NCBI RefSeq assembly: GCF_009914755.1 | Contig: NC_060932.1 | Direction: 5' to 3' (one strand) | Source: the human T2T-CHM13v2.0 reference genome, Homo sapiens | Length of the DNA stretch: 64,000 nt | Part shown: positions 24,769-42,835 of the stretch, piece by piece | Layout: every line of letters begins with the position of its first letter | Numbering within the stretch: position 1 is the first letter of the stretch | The notes under the pieces: model-generated | The model's database searches: none | Told to the model about the DNA's origin: nothing | Seen by the model: only the letters and a program-made list of their open reading frames with translations | Position numbers and translations under genes: made by a program

Positions 24769-27700
24769 CTGAGATAAGAAATAAGATTCTCCTTATAATT
24801 AGATAAATGAAATAATGGAAACTAGTATTTTTTAAAGACAAGTATTTTCTTATAAAAGAATGAATATTAAAAACATTTTTATTAAACTATGTATTTATAT
24901 TAATTTTTTCATTGTATATTTTTAAGACTCAAGAATAAAAGGTACACAATGCATGCTTTCAAATAGTGGTTTAATATGGGAAGGAAAAATATAAAAGCTA
25001 TCAACAACTTGAGACAATGATTCAGATAAGCTTTATCTAGAAATAACGAAATTTACACTTAATTTATCAACACAGCTTTGTCAAAGCCTCTTGAGCAAAC
25101 AAGTTTCACACTGCAACACTGCTAAGATTTGGATATGGCAATTTAACTGAAAAAAAAAAAGGGTAAAGGCAAGTAAGTAAAAAGCCCATTAGACCATTAA
25201 TTTCATAGAGTTCCAAGAAGAAACTCTACTCACAATGGTTTATAAAAATTTATTCTTAAACCATCTGGTGACAGGATTAAAAAACTAGCCCTCTTTAATG
25301 AGTTATTTAATACTCTGTTTAAGAAAATAACTACAGCAACTAAACAGCATTCTACAGATGGTGCAAACATAAATATTTTTATATATTAAAGGGTAGAAAT
25401 CAGTTTTTAATCAGAAAAGTCACTGATTATTCACAAATTTGTTATTTATATACCTATTATAAACTGGACCATCATCTTAACCCTCGTCTCCTATTACTCT
25501 CATCAGAAATTTCACCTGAGTTTAGAAATAATCTAAAAGAAAACTGGTATTATTTTCACCAGGATCTTAACATGAGTGATCTCAATAAGTACACAGCAAA
25601 TACTCCTGGCTGCTCCACAAATGCTGTGATGGTGGGGGGAAGCCAATACTGATTAATCACTAGCATACCTTTAAAGTGAATGCATTTCAATGACTGGCAA
25701 ACGAGGGTACTACTGACATGAAAAAGACTATGTTCTTAACATTTAAATTTCACTTAGCTCTTTTGCTAATATTTGAAATGGCTGATTTCAAGGAAGATCT
25801 TGAAAAACTTCATCAATTACAGGCTTTAAATTCCATATTCTATTCTAATCTTGTATTTGTACACATCAAAATTATTTCAAATGTTCTTTACAAAGTTCAT
25901 AAGACAATGAAAATGTTTTATTACTTCTATTTTTAGTACAAAATCCAACGTAATTAGAAAGTCTATAAATCTTTTTTAAAAAACCAAGACAGAGAAAGAA
26001 CACGAAAACTAAAAGCAAAACCTTAATGAGGTATAAAGTGCAATAGCTTTGGTTTGTTAAAAATTACATTTAACTTAACAGTAATCACTGTTTTCACATT
26101 TAACTTTGCACTTTTAACACTGAGGAATTACAGCAGTAAACTTAGTAAATTTATAATCATAACATCTGAGTATAAATGGAAAGCAAACTAAACAATTTTG
26201 GAACCTTAAAAATCTGTATGTACAGTAAAATCCCTATCGTTTTTCAATGCCTGAATACATTTAGAAAAAAAGAAAATACATTGATGTGTTAAATGTTCTT
26301 TCTAGAATGTGATATTACTACTCTCCCACATATCTATACTGGTCACCTATTTTTATAAGATTAAGAAAAAATGTTATTTAACAATTTTACTAAAGTTTTA
26401 AAGTTCATGTACCAAACAACCAAATTACAGTACAAACGATTATTTTTAAAGATGAGTAGATGTTTCTAAAAGCACAGGTGTTAAGATCTCTGTACTACGC
26501 TCCAAACAGAAGTCAGCCCCAGAACATGGGGCTATACAAAATTCAGCGGTGTTTCTATTCACAAATCCCTTCAACCCAAAAAACGTTTACCAATTCTTTA
26601 CAGATATTTCCCTCTTGAGTACATTAATCTGTAAAACCCTTTCAATAATCAAGATGTAGGGCAGGAAGTTAGGTAGAAATTTAAGATGATTAAACAAGGA
26701 GAGAGAATGTCGGCTTAATAGCAAGGCTTAAACATATTATTACTGCCACAAAACACCTGCAAAGGATACAATCTAATAACAAAACGAGGGCATCAAAAGA
26801 GAACACTACACTGTCATCTGGCCATCAAAATCAACTGTTAATATATAAATATGAGGGGGGAGGAGCCAAGATGGCCAAATAGGAACAGCTCCAGTCTACA
26901 GCTCCCAGCGTCAGCTACTCAGAAGACAGGTGATTTCTGCATTTCCATTTGAGGTACCGGGTTCATCTCACTAGGGAGTGCCAGACAGTAGGCGCAGGAC
27001 AGTGGGTGCAACGCACCGTGCACCAGCCGAAGCAGGGCGAGGCATTGCCTCACTTGGGAAGCGCAAGGGGTCAGGTCAGGGAGTTAGTTCCCTTTCCTGG
27101 TCAAGGAAAGGGGTGACAGACAGCACCTGGAAAATCGGGCCACTCCCACCTGAATACTGCGCTTTTCTGACGGGCTTAGGAAATGGCACACCAGGAGATT
27201 ATATCCCTCACCTGGCTCAGAGGGTCCTACGCTCAGAGTCTCGCTGATTGCTAGCACAGCACTCTGAGATCAAACCGCAAGGCGGCAGCCAGGCTGGGGG
27301 AGGGGCGCCCACCATTGCCCAGGCTTGCTTAGGTAAACAAAGCAGCCAGGAAGCTTGAACTGGGTGGAGCCCACCACAGCTCAAGGAGGCCAGCCTGCCT
27401 CTGTAGGCTCCACCTCTGGGGGCAGGGCACAGACAAACAAAAAGACAGCAGTAACCTCTGCAGACTTAAATGTCCCTGTCTGACAGCTTTGAAGAGAGCA
27501 GTAGTTCTCCCAGCGTGCAGCTGGAGATCTGAGAACGGGCAGACTGCCTCCTCAAGTGGGTCCTGACCCCTGACCCCCAAGCAGCCTAACTGGGAGGCAC
27601 CCCCCAGTAGGGGCAGACTGACACCTCACACGGCCGGGTACTCCTCTGAGACAAAACTTCCAGAGGAACGATCAGACAGCAGCATTCGCGGTTCACGAAA

Positions 27701-27897
27701 ATCTGCTATTCTGCAGCCAGCACTGCTGGTACCCAGGCAAACAGGGTCTGGAGTGGACCTCTAGCAAACTCCAACAGACCTGCAGCTGAGGGTCCTGTCT
27801 GTTAGAAGGAAAACTAACAAACAGAAAGGACATCCACACCAAAAACCCATCTGTACATCACCATCATCAAAGACCAAAAGTAGATAAAACCACAAAG

Positions 27898-28913
27898 ATG
27901 GGGAAAAACAGAGCAGAAAAACTGGAAACTCTAAAAAGCAGAGCGCCTCTCCTCCTCCAAAGGAACGCAGTTCCTCACCAGCAACGGAACAAAGCTGGAT
28001 GGAGAATGACTTTGACGAGTTGAGAGAAGAAGGCTTCAGACAATCAAACTACTCCGAGCTACAGGAGGAAATTCAAACCAAAGGCAAAGAAGTTGAAAAC
28101 TTTGAAAAAAATTTAGACGAATGTATAACTAGAATAACCAATACAGAGAAGTGCTTAAAGGAGCTGATGGAGCTGAAAGCCAAGGCTCGAGAACTACGTG
28201 AAGAATGCAGAAGCCTCAGGAGCCGATGCGATCAACTGGAATAAAGGGTATCAGTGATGGAAGATGAAATGAATGAAATGAAGCGAGAAGAGAAGTTTAG
28301 AGAAAAAAGAATAAAAAGAAACGAACAAAGCCTCCAAGAAATATGGGACTATGTGAAAAGACCAAATCTACGTCTGATTGGTGTACCTGAAAGTGATGGG
28401 GAGAATGGAACCAAGTTGGAAAACACTCTTCAGGATAATATCCAGGAGAACTTCCCCAGTCTAGCAAGGCAGGCCAACGTTCAGATTCAGGAAATACAGA
28501 GAACGCCACAAAGATACTCCTCGAGAAGAGCAACTCCAAGACACATAATTGTCAAATTCACCAAAGTTGAAATGAAGGAAAAAATGTTAAGGGCAGCCAA
28601 AGAGAAAGGTCAGGTTACCCACAAAGGGAAGCCCATCAGACTAACAGCTGATCTCTCGGCAGAAACTCTACAAGCCAGAAGACAGTGGGGGCCAATATTC
28701 AACATTCTTAAAGAAAAGAACTGTCAACTCAGAATTTCATATCCAGCCAAACTAAGCTTCATAAGTGAAGGAGAAATAAAATACTTTACAGACAAGCAAA
28801 TGCTGAGAGATTTTGTCACCACCAGGCCTGACCTAAAAGAGCTCCTGAAGGAAGCACTAAACATGGAAAGGCACAACCGGTACCAGCCGCTGCAAAATCA
28901 TGCCAAAATGTAA
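27898..28913 (+). pseudogene. L1 ORF1p, disrupted
   Basis: ATG at 27898 followed by a 1-nt deletion in the A run; TAA at 28242; ORF1p fragments in ORF track. Confidence 0.93.
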
Positions 28914-28973
28914 AGACCATCGAGATTAGGAAAAAACTGCATCAACTAACGAGCAAAATAACCAGCTAACATC

Positions 28974-32800
<3,827 letters not shown>

Positions 32801-33225
32801 ACAATGAGAACACATGGACACAGGAAGGGGAACATCACACTCTGGGGACTGTTGTGGGGTGGGGGGAGGGGGAGGGATAGCATTAGGAGATATACCTAAT
32901 GCTAAATGACGAGTTAATGGGTGCAGCACACCAGCATGGCACATGTATACATATGTAACTAACCTGCACATTGTGCACATGTACCCTACAACTTAAAGTA
33001 TAATAATAATAAATTAATTAATTAATTAATAGATATATATTAGCAAAGTTACAAACAGTAAAATTTAGCACTTCCTTTCAAATTTCCTGGGAACCTTAAC
33101 AAGACCCTATCATGTTAGGAGTTTACAACTTCACACCTCTAAGTCTTCCTTGATTATTCCCATTCATATGCAGAGCAAACAAGGAACTGGTGTCAAAGCA
33201 CGATTAGTTAAGCTATAGTACTTAC

Positions 33226-33410
33226 TTAGCTTCAGTAGTTTTGCTAGCTTTTTCCATGTTTTTCAAGCTTTCAGGAGATCTAAGTTGAAATCTACAGCTG
33301 TCATTCATATTCCAAACTGACTCCATTAAGACACCAACTTTAGGAATCCCAGCACTAATTGAAAATGCAACTGCTCCAGCATGATAAAGAGGATTATTTC
33401 TCAAGCATAC
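33226..33410 (-). CDS. UBR5: UBR5 exon ~14 (185 nt; VCLRNNPLYH...TTEAK)
   Basis: tgctag| and TAA|gtaagt; ORF 33222..33404. Confidence 0.96.
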
Positions 33411-33583
33411 CTAGCAAACAAAAGAAAACCACCATCAAGATGACATAACTTTAAAAATATATATAATATTTATTTCAAATGGATGAAATACAATATATGA
33501 AAGTACTGGGCTTCCTAGGTTTCCCAGTATAATCTTACCCAATCAATAAGGCTGAAAAAGCACCACCTTAAAGGTCTTCATTA

Positions 33584-33895
<312 letters not shown>

Positions 33896-35464
33896 AAGAA
33901 AATTTGTTTCTAATATTAAGGAAAAGGAATAATTTCAACATGTTTGCTAAAAATTTAGCATTAACTTTAAATTTTCATGCAGCAAATATCCCATCCATTC
34001 TGCTACAAACAAACAAACAAACAAACAAACAAAAAACAGAGCAGAAACAGCAGAGAAGAAACTAAAAGGCATTATAATTTAAAAAGTAAAATGTGAAAAA
34101 AAAAATTACACTTCTTGTCTGTTTCCTACAATCTGAAATAACTTTTTCCCTTAATTCATGATAGGCTCCATAACTTTATAGATGTTTCTTTATCCCAGAA
34201 GACTACTGTTTCCTGCTAGCCAGAAGGTTCCATGAATAATTTTTCTTTTAAATTAAAAAAGAATATGTAGACATTAGTGTCTGAAGTTTAACTGGGTTTA
34301 GGAGTAAATAACTTACAGAGAAAAAAAAAAAAAAAACTCTGTCAGGGGACTAACCTCAGGTCATGCTCCGAAAACCAATGGCCTTCAAGACAGCACTGTT
34401 AAACATACCAACAGTATCTCCATCTTAGATAGGAACATTTTTTCTGGAGATATCTTTTATTTATCCAATATCCCAATCTTACTATGTGGTAGATGACCAG
34501 AGGTACACACGAAGATCATGATTTTTTGTGGCTTATAATTAAATGTAAGAAACAAAAGAAGATGGTGGTACATTTGAAAAGTGCAGGAACTGGAAACATT
34601 GGCTTAGAGGTACAGTTCTACCAAAGAATAGTTGTGTATCATTAACTATAACTCCGTGGCATAAAATGAATAGTTCTTAAGATGATCTATAAATACAGAT
34701 GCAGCTGAATAAGTGACCAACAGTTCTTTTCAATGTTAAGACATGAATATTTTACTTGTTCTGCAGCTGTAACTGCCCTCAGCCTCCAGTATTCTACAGG
34801 TTTAAAACACAACCTTGGTTATATACCAAGGTATTTTCATATGTTATCTTTCGGCAATTTAGTGTCAAGCTTTTTTATTTAAAGCTTTTCTCCAATATTT
34901 TTTCTGTTCTCCCTGTCTACAGTAATGCCATATTACCTGCTGATATGGCAGCTGCTGCAACATCCTGCTAGTACATGAGTGCAATTGAAAAATAATGTCC
35001 AGAACATCAGAAATCAGTATTTAAACTAAATAGGCAAAGAAGGGATCCTACAAAGGAGGGAAGGAGGGGCAAAGAGAGGAGCAGGGGGAAAAAGAGAGAG
35101 CATACCCTGTCCAAAGAAACTAATATAAATAATGAAGGCCGATCAATAATGTTCAAAATAGTGGGTAAACGCTGAAAGTTTTCTGGTTCGAAGACCAATA
35201 GGCAGAAGAACATGAGGAAGACCAAGAAAAAAGGTATCATGAAGAAAAAGAATAGGTACATTTTACTTCCTTGTAATGAAAAAAAAAAAATACCTGCATT
35301 TAAAGTGCTAGATGAAGAAATTAACACCACATTCTATAATAAAAAACTACCATTTTGTCTAAGTTTTAAGGATTAAGTTTTTAAACATTCATAACAGCAT
35401 TTGCTGTAATGAATACAAGCATTAAGTTTTACCCAGAAGATAAACCTCAACCAGAATGTAATAA

Positions 35465-35963
35465 ATTAGAAGTTCTCAGACTCATTTGATCTCAAGACCT
35501 TTTTCCTTTTTTCACTATTAACTATTACTGCATATCCCAAAAACCTTATGTTTATATGGGTCATATCTAGTTTTAATAATTAGTAAATTAAAACTGAGTA
35601 AATCGAGTGTATTAGTAATTGAAATTGAGAAAGTTTTAAATATTTAATAGTGATAAAACCCCACATTCATATAAACAATTTTTATGGAAAATAGATTTTC
35701 AAAAAAATAGTGGCGAGAAAAGTAACATCATTTACATTTTAGCAAATCTCTTAATGTCAGACTTAATAAAAGACAGCTGTATTCTCACGTCTGCTTCTGC
35801 ATTCAATCTGTTGATACCTTCTTCTGACAAAGCTAATTCAGCTAATAGGAAGCTAATTCAGCCTGACACAAATATGTAATAGAAAAATGAAGGAAATTTT
35901 CAGAGTCCCTGAAAGGGTTGAGGAGAAGGCAGGGGTCTCTGGACCACACTTAGAGAACCACTG
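35465..35963. mobile_element. Charlie1-type hAT fossil
   Basis: gcaaatctcttaatgtc...gcttctgcattcaatctgttg; end ggaccacacttagagaaccactg. Confidence 0.6.
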
Positions 35964-36460
35964 AGATATTAACAATATCAGCTTCCAGAAAATAGTACCC
36001 GTAGAAGCCTAAAACCATCTCAGAGTCAAAAACCAGAAAGTGGTAGAAATGGGGATTTGCCAAAGCCCCCTGCCTCATGCTGACAACATCCTCATAGAGC
36101 AGTATCTTTCAAACGGGTTAGTCATATGAATCACCCGGGATGTTTGTTAAACACAACGATGCCTGGCCCTACCACCAAACAAACTTAAACATTTCAGGTA
36201 AGGGGTTCCAGACTCTGCATTTTAAAAGTAGCAAGTGATTCTTAAAGCCAGGGAACCTTGCCCCATAGGGAAACCTACTAATACTGAACCACAATCTATA
36301 CAGTATTACTCTACTGAATGAAGGAAGAATGACGTGACACATACACGTTACTGGAAACCGACTCTTCAAATGATGCTCATCTGTAAAACTGCTTACAAGG
36401 GAAGAAAGTGATTCTGAAGAGAAACGAGGTCCCTTAAGACAGGCTAAATCCATCACTTAC

Positions 36461-36578
36461 CTGGGTACCAACAGTGATGTTCGGCATTGAAGAAATACCA
36501 GCACTGGATTTAGGCTTTTTATTTTTTGCTCTAGCTTTCTCTAACATTTTCTTCCTTTGACTAAAAGGAACTACACCC
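36461..36578 (-). CDS. UBR5: UBR5 exon ~13 (118 nt; GVVPFSQRKKMLEKARAKNKKPK...VGTQ, basic NLS-like stretch)
   Basis: ttttcag| and CAG|gtaagt; manual translation. Confidence 0.95.
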
Positions 36579-36812
36579 CTGAAAACAAAAAACATAAATT
36601 GGTCAAATAAGCAGTAAAACAGCCCACTAAATAAATCTGAAATTACACATATTATCAGTTAAGCATTTCTGGCATTTCTCCAGTATTTTCGCCTCAGAAA
36701 ACTATTAATGTGTACAATTTCATCTTAATTATAATTTGTGCATTAGATTAATAACTGGATCTACTTTTATTAAACCTTTATAATTAAATTTTATGGGAAA
36801 TTCATCAATTGC

Positions 36813-37110
36813 TTTTTTTTTTTTTTTTTTTTGAGACGGGGCCTTTCTCTGCTGCCCAGGCTACAGTGCAGGTGGCTGATCTCAGCTCACTGCACTCTAC
36901 CTCCTGGACTCAAGAGATCCTCCTGCCTCAGCCTCCCAAGTAGCTGAGACTACAAGGCACCCACCACCACACCCAGTTACTTCTTGTATTTTTTGTAGAG
37001 ACTAGGTCTCACTGTATTGCCCAGGCTGTTCTCCAACTCCCAGGCTCAAGCAATCCTCTGGCCTTGGCCTCCGAAAGTGCTGGGCCTCCGAAAGCCACTG
37101 TGCCTGGGCC
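36813..37110 (-). mobile_element. AluJ-type
   Basis: Poly-T followed by reverse-complement Alu. Confidence 0.9.
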
Positions 37111-37655
37111 TAACAGACATATTTTCTTCCAAATAATTATACTTCATTAGGAAACTCCCCTATATATTGTTTCCAAAATGCAATTTTGCTGTTAACTCCT
37201 TAAAACACAACAAAGAAAAAATGTAAGGTCACCTTCTAACAGTAAAGCTATAATTAAATAAGGTAGAGAATATTCATACAATGAAATGAAAAAAATACTC
37301 TATAACCTATACTTTCAATTATGTAAAAGCAAAGTACATGTTTATGCAGAGGAAAAAAAGATTTAAAATACCCCAAATGTTAACTGTAGTTATCTCTGGG
37401 TTGCAGGATTCTAAATGACTTTTGTTTCTACTTTATACTTTCATAAAACTTATTAATTATATTCACTAAGTATGTATTTTTATAAATTTAACTGTTAAAG
37501 TTTTTTAAAATGTTACTTTGTTCCAAAGTGAAATTTCCCTTCCATAAGGCATAATCTTTTAATTGAACTTCTCATGTTGGTATTCCACTACTCAAAGCAT
37601 CTTTCTATACATACACAAGCATTCACCGATAAATTCCTCCTCCCTATAGACTCAC

Positions 37656-37810
37656 CACCAATATAAACTGTTTTCCAGCTGAGCGCAGGTGTAAAGGGCA
37701 CAGCAATGTAAAGAAACTATCCGCTCTCCTTGAAGTTCAGAGTAAGTCTGAGCAGTGTGCTCTAATTTAGAAGCCACAGAACTTAAAGTTTCATCCACCC
37801 ATGTAGCAAC
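37656..37810 (-). CDS. UBR5: UBR5 exon ~12 (155 nt; VATWVDETL...SLYW)
   Basis: ctttag| and GTG|gtgagt; manual translation. Confidence 0.95.
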
Positions 37811-38099
37811 CTAAAGAATAAAATATTAGAACTTTAAATAAAATCAAGCCATCTTTTCAAAAGGATTGTGGTAAAAACTAGGGCAAGGCATATATACTTT
37901 AAAGACTGGAGTTCTAAAATGTTTTGAGTTAAATGCTATAAAAATAAGTAATTCAGAGAGGTTCTTAGTAAGACTAGAAACTATAATACTTTTTCACACA
38001 AATCAAAATAGCAGTTATTCAAATGAATGTCTAAGGCCATCTTTAAGGTCAGAAGTAAACATTTGCTCTACCAATTTTTAAAAGAATTTAGTGACTTTA

Positions 38100-38364
38100 G
38101 GCCAGGTGTCATGCCTGTAATCCCAGCACTTTGGGAGGCCAAGGAGGGAGAATCACTTGGCGCCAGGAGTTTGAGACTAGCCTGAGCAACACAGTAAGAC
38201 TCTGCCTCTAGAAAAAAGTTTTAAAAATCAGCTGGGCACAGTGGTGTGTGCCTACAGTACCAGCTACTTGGAAGGCTTGAGTTCAAGGCTGCAGTGAGCC
38301 ACGACCACTGCACTTGAGCTTGGGCAACAAAGCAAGACCCTGTCTCAAAAAAACAAAACAAAAC
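38100..38364 (+). mobile_element. AluJ-type with TSD
   Basis: TSD aatttagtgacttta at 38085-38099 and 38365-38379. Confidence 0.9.
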
Positions 38365-38399
38365 AATTTAGTGACTTTAAAGCCAAATCGATAATTTGA

Positions 38400-38813
<414 letters not shown>

Positions 38814-39003
38814 ACAGAAAGCTATTTTTAAAGTTACAGTATAAACTAGCCAACAAAAATATACATTAGATTACTAAGGCTTGAGACACTTTGTATTTAT
38901 GTTAACATAGATCAAAAATGAAAAGATGGAAAAGGAGCAAAAAAGAAAAAAAGAAAACAAGAATTAAAGCATGAAATGTTAATCAATGCAAAGTGTTTCA
39001 TAC

Positions 39004-39114
39004 CTTGTTATTTTCTGTAGCTACAGTTGCTCTTATGCTATTTGCAGACAGGAGGACTATCTTTTCATTGGTTAACCCCAAAAATGTTGCTCGTGGATGA
39101 TGTAATGAAGGATT
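39004..39114 (-). CDS. UBR5: UBR5 exon ~11 (111 nt; NPSLHHPRAT...ENNK)
   Basis: caaag| and AAG|gtatga; manual translation. Confidence 0.95.
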
Positions 39115-39196
39115 CTTTGAAAGCATAAAAAAAAATTACTATTTTATATGTTGATATGTAGAGCTATTCAATGCAAGATTTCATAAAATAAAATAC

Positions 39197-39313
39197 CTGG
39201 GCATTTCTGTAAGGCTCAGATTCACTCCATTTCCACTGATAAAGTTCTCCTTTACTGCTGACAGCCAGAAGTTCAGAATACAGAGCCCCAATACAGATGA
39301 ATTTTGTTCCATC
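39197..39313 (-). CDS. UBR5: UBR5 exon ~10 (117 nt; DGTKFICIGALYSE...RNAQ)
   Basis: tttatag| and CAG|gtattt; manual translation. Confidence 0.95.
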
Positions 39314-40762
39314 CTATAAAGTAAAATACAATACTATAAATATAAAAATTGCCAAATCTACTGATTTGAACACTGTCACTTTAATCACTTCATCAGATCT
39401 AGATTAATTATGTAAACACATAAACCACAACTATACGAAGTCTTTAGCACAGCCTACAAGGTATCCAATTAAGGTGGCCCTGGCTCCCTCCATTAACTCA
39501 CTCACCTCCATTCACACTGGCCTTCTTCCTGTCACAGTGGTCTTCTTCCTACCCTCGGACCACTGTCCTTGCTGTTCCCTCTGTCTGTGTTACTCTTTCT
39601 CAGGTGACACTCCCTCAAGAGACTGTCTCTGATGACACTATGTACAGAACCACCACTCTCACATTAGTTCCTTACACTGCTTTCTTTTTAATCCACAGCA
39701 CTTCACAACTTGACATATTTATTTGTTTATACACTATCTCACTCAAGTATAAGCTTTGTCTTATTCACCACTGTAACTTAAGAACTTAGCGTACAAGTAG
39801 GTGCTCAATCAATGTGCTGAATGAGTGAAGGGAAAAAAAGAAAAACAGAATACGGAGCTGAAACAGAGAAAAACGATGTCAAATCAAAAGATTCTTTCCC
39901 TGTAAGCTCTTTCAAGCTATGGAAACAAGTGCCCATATTTAAGGTAATCATTCGTTCACTTTTATGTTGACATACATGCAATGATTTGGAATGCAATTAA
40001 ATTATAAAAAGCTTGGCTAATAAATGTAAATAAATAATTTTCTTTAACATAAAACAAATGATCAGAGCCACAAAGCTACCTAGAAATCTCACAGCAAAAA
40101 TTGCCAGTAACGGATTTTAGGTTGCAAAAATGCTGTTGGTCTATACACAGTACTTCTCCATTTTCTTTGGGATTCTGGCTCCAGGGTATGATAAACAAAT
40201 GGTGTCTTTCTGGTTTTTCTGTCAAAATTCAATTTTATTTGGTCAGATGGTAACGTTATAGTGCTAAAACTTGTAAAGTCTACAAGATTTATTAATATAA
40301 CACAATAACAACAGGTTATGCCTTAGTGTTGTACAGAAATAATACTAATTTTAATCGTCTATTTTACCTGTACCAGTCAAACCTATTTTCCTATTTTCAA
40401 GTCACTTTTATTGGGGGATGGAAAAGAGACCAAATTTGGAATTCTCCAAGTTAGCAATTCTTCCCTTACCTTTACCATGGATGTCTACAAACCATTACTG
40501 ACTTTCTCCATAGAAACTGCATCAAATTTTACCTTTCTACTTCATATTCTCTTCTCAATCCTACGGTTAAGAATTAACTATAATGGAATCAGACTAAGTG
40601 AGTCCCCAACCTAGATCCAACACTTATTAAGTATGTGACTTCAGGTAAACTATACAATTTCTCTGAAACCATTTCTTCATTTCTAAAATGGGTATTAAGG
40701 TAATGCAAATCATGGTAAGGGAGAGGGGAGTGCAGGGTAAAAACCAAACGGAGTAACATATA

Positions 40763-41196
40763 TAGCTGACCCTTGAACAATATGGGTTTGAACTGTTAGG
40801 GTCTGCTTATAGTTCTCTTCAGCCTCTGCCATCCTTGAGACAGCAAAAGCAACTCCTCCTCTTCTAATTCTTCCTTCCCCTCCTCAGCCTATTCAACATG
40901 AAGATAATGAGAATAAAGACCTTAATGGTAATCCGCTTCCACTTAATGAATACTAAATGTATGTTCTTTTCCTTATGATTTTCTTAATAACATTTTCTCT
41001 AATTTACTTTATTGTATAAATACAGTATATACTACATATAACATACAAAATATGTTGTTAATCAACTTTATGTTGTTGCTAAGGCTCCCAGTGAACAGGA
41101 GGCTATAATAAGTTTTGGGGGAGTCAAAGTTATGTGGATTTTCAACTGCATGAGGAGTGGGTGCCCCTAACCCCTTCATAGTTCAAGGGTCAGCTG
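40763..41196 (+). mobile_element. Tigger2a/MER28 MITE
   Basis: TIRs agctgacccttgaac / gttcaagggtcagct. Confidence 0.8.
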
Positions 41197-41249
41197 GATA
41201 AAGTACACAGCACAGAGCCCAGTGCAAATAAGCACTCAATCAAATTCGA

Positions 41250-42835
41250 CTATGACTAATCTCCTCCCCTGACTTCATCTCTGACTCACCCAGAAAATGA
41301 TAGCTCTCAGGCAGGGGCTTCCTCAATATTCCTAGCTCTAGATTTGCTTAATGAAAGCACCATTCTCACCTCCTCCCTTCTCCCCATCTCAGAGAAAGAA
41401 GTGTTTTCCTCCCCTCCTATTTAAAGATAACCCACAGACACACTGGATGCAACTCCTTCCCATATCCCCCAACAACCATCCAAACAAATCTCTCCTTCAG
41501 TCCTAACATGGTAAAGTGAATTACTGCCTGGCATATGTTTCACCTTACCAGTTTTCAGTGATGGACATGACATTTTTTCCAACTGCCAAATCAATGCTCA
41601 ATGTACGTAATCAGTCCATCTTCTCTTTAAACTCTTCAAATGATTTGCCTCTGTTCATTATCTGTTCTGGAACCCATCCTTCTCTCCCTAATTCATAGGT
41701 CACCATTCTCTACTGGTCTTCCACCTACCTTCCATCTCCCTGGCACTACCATGCATGGTCTTCCCTCCATCTCCCTGGTACTACCATGCACTCCCTGCCA
41801 CTGATTCTGTGTTTCTCCCTGTATTCAAATTGTGCTTCACCTTCAGCCTCAGTGACTTCATCTACCAGAGCATCATGCTTTTAAATGTGTAAATCTCATA
41901 TCTCCAGACTTACCTACAGCTGTCTTAAAAAGCACAATGACATCCCTAAAATGAATCCGCCATCTCCTGCAAAGCTGTGCCTTCCCTGTAGTTCCTATCT
42001 CTATGAATGACATCACCACCCACCTGGTAATGGGAGACACGACAATCGAATTGACTGATGAGAGAAAAGGAAGAGATGAGGCGTGCTCCCAGGTTCCCAT
42101 GTCTAAACTGATCTCAAATTCCTCTCAGATTCTTCTCTTTCTCTCTCCCCATACCCCTGCTTTGGTTGAGATCCTCACAATTTCCTTGAACAACTGTAGC
42201 ATTCTCATAACCGACTTTTGATTTTTCCTGTTGCTTTCTCCCATCATGCCAGTAATGTTCACCTCCTTAAAACAAATCAAATACAACAAAGCAAAACCCC
42301 ACCAATCACATCAAGTCACTTCTCTACGGACTCTGTTGACTTCTTAATTGCTGCAAAACAATATCCTAACTTCTTGCTTGGCAAACTGTCTAGTCATCTC
42401 CATCCCATCTCTTCTCCTACTCCCCACCACAAAGCAGCAATTCTGAATTTTTCATGGTTCCTCAAACACATCATGACCTTTTGTGACTCTGGGCCCATGC
42501 CCAGATACGTTTGGAATACCTTTGTGCCTTGGTCAATGCCCACCTCACCTTAAAAATGCTGCTTAAATGCTATCTCCTCTGCGATGCCTTTGCCAGATCT
42601 CTCAGGTGGTATTGGTCATTTACCACTCAGAACCCCTATAGCACTTTACTCATACTTTCAGCCTAGCACTGATCACATTATGATCACATTACATTCTATG
42701 TAAATGTTTGTGTTCCCCACTGAATTCCTTGTAGAAAGGCCAATATCATACTCATGACTATATTACCATATGCCAGCTTGGTATATGGCACAAAGCAGGA
42801 ACACACTGACCAACTGTTGAATGAACAAATGAATC
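41250..42835 (+). mobile_element. L2 fragments
   Basis: L2-like pyrimidine-rich body and gttgaatgaacaaatgaa 3' end. Confidence 0.6.

Noticed and set aside
34937-34967. Possible cryptic 28/31-nt exon ending CAG|gtaata
   Set aside because: No convincing polypyrimidine tract; consistent with chance.
41731-41792. Direct repeat tccatctccctgg(c/t)actaccatgca x2
   Set aside because: Simple local tandem duplication in L2; only two copies, not an array.
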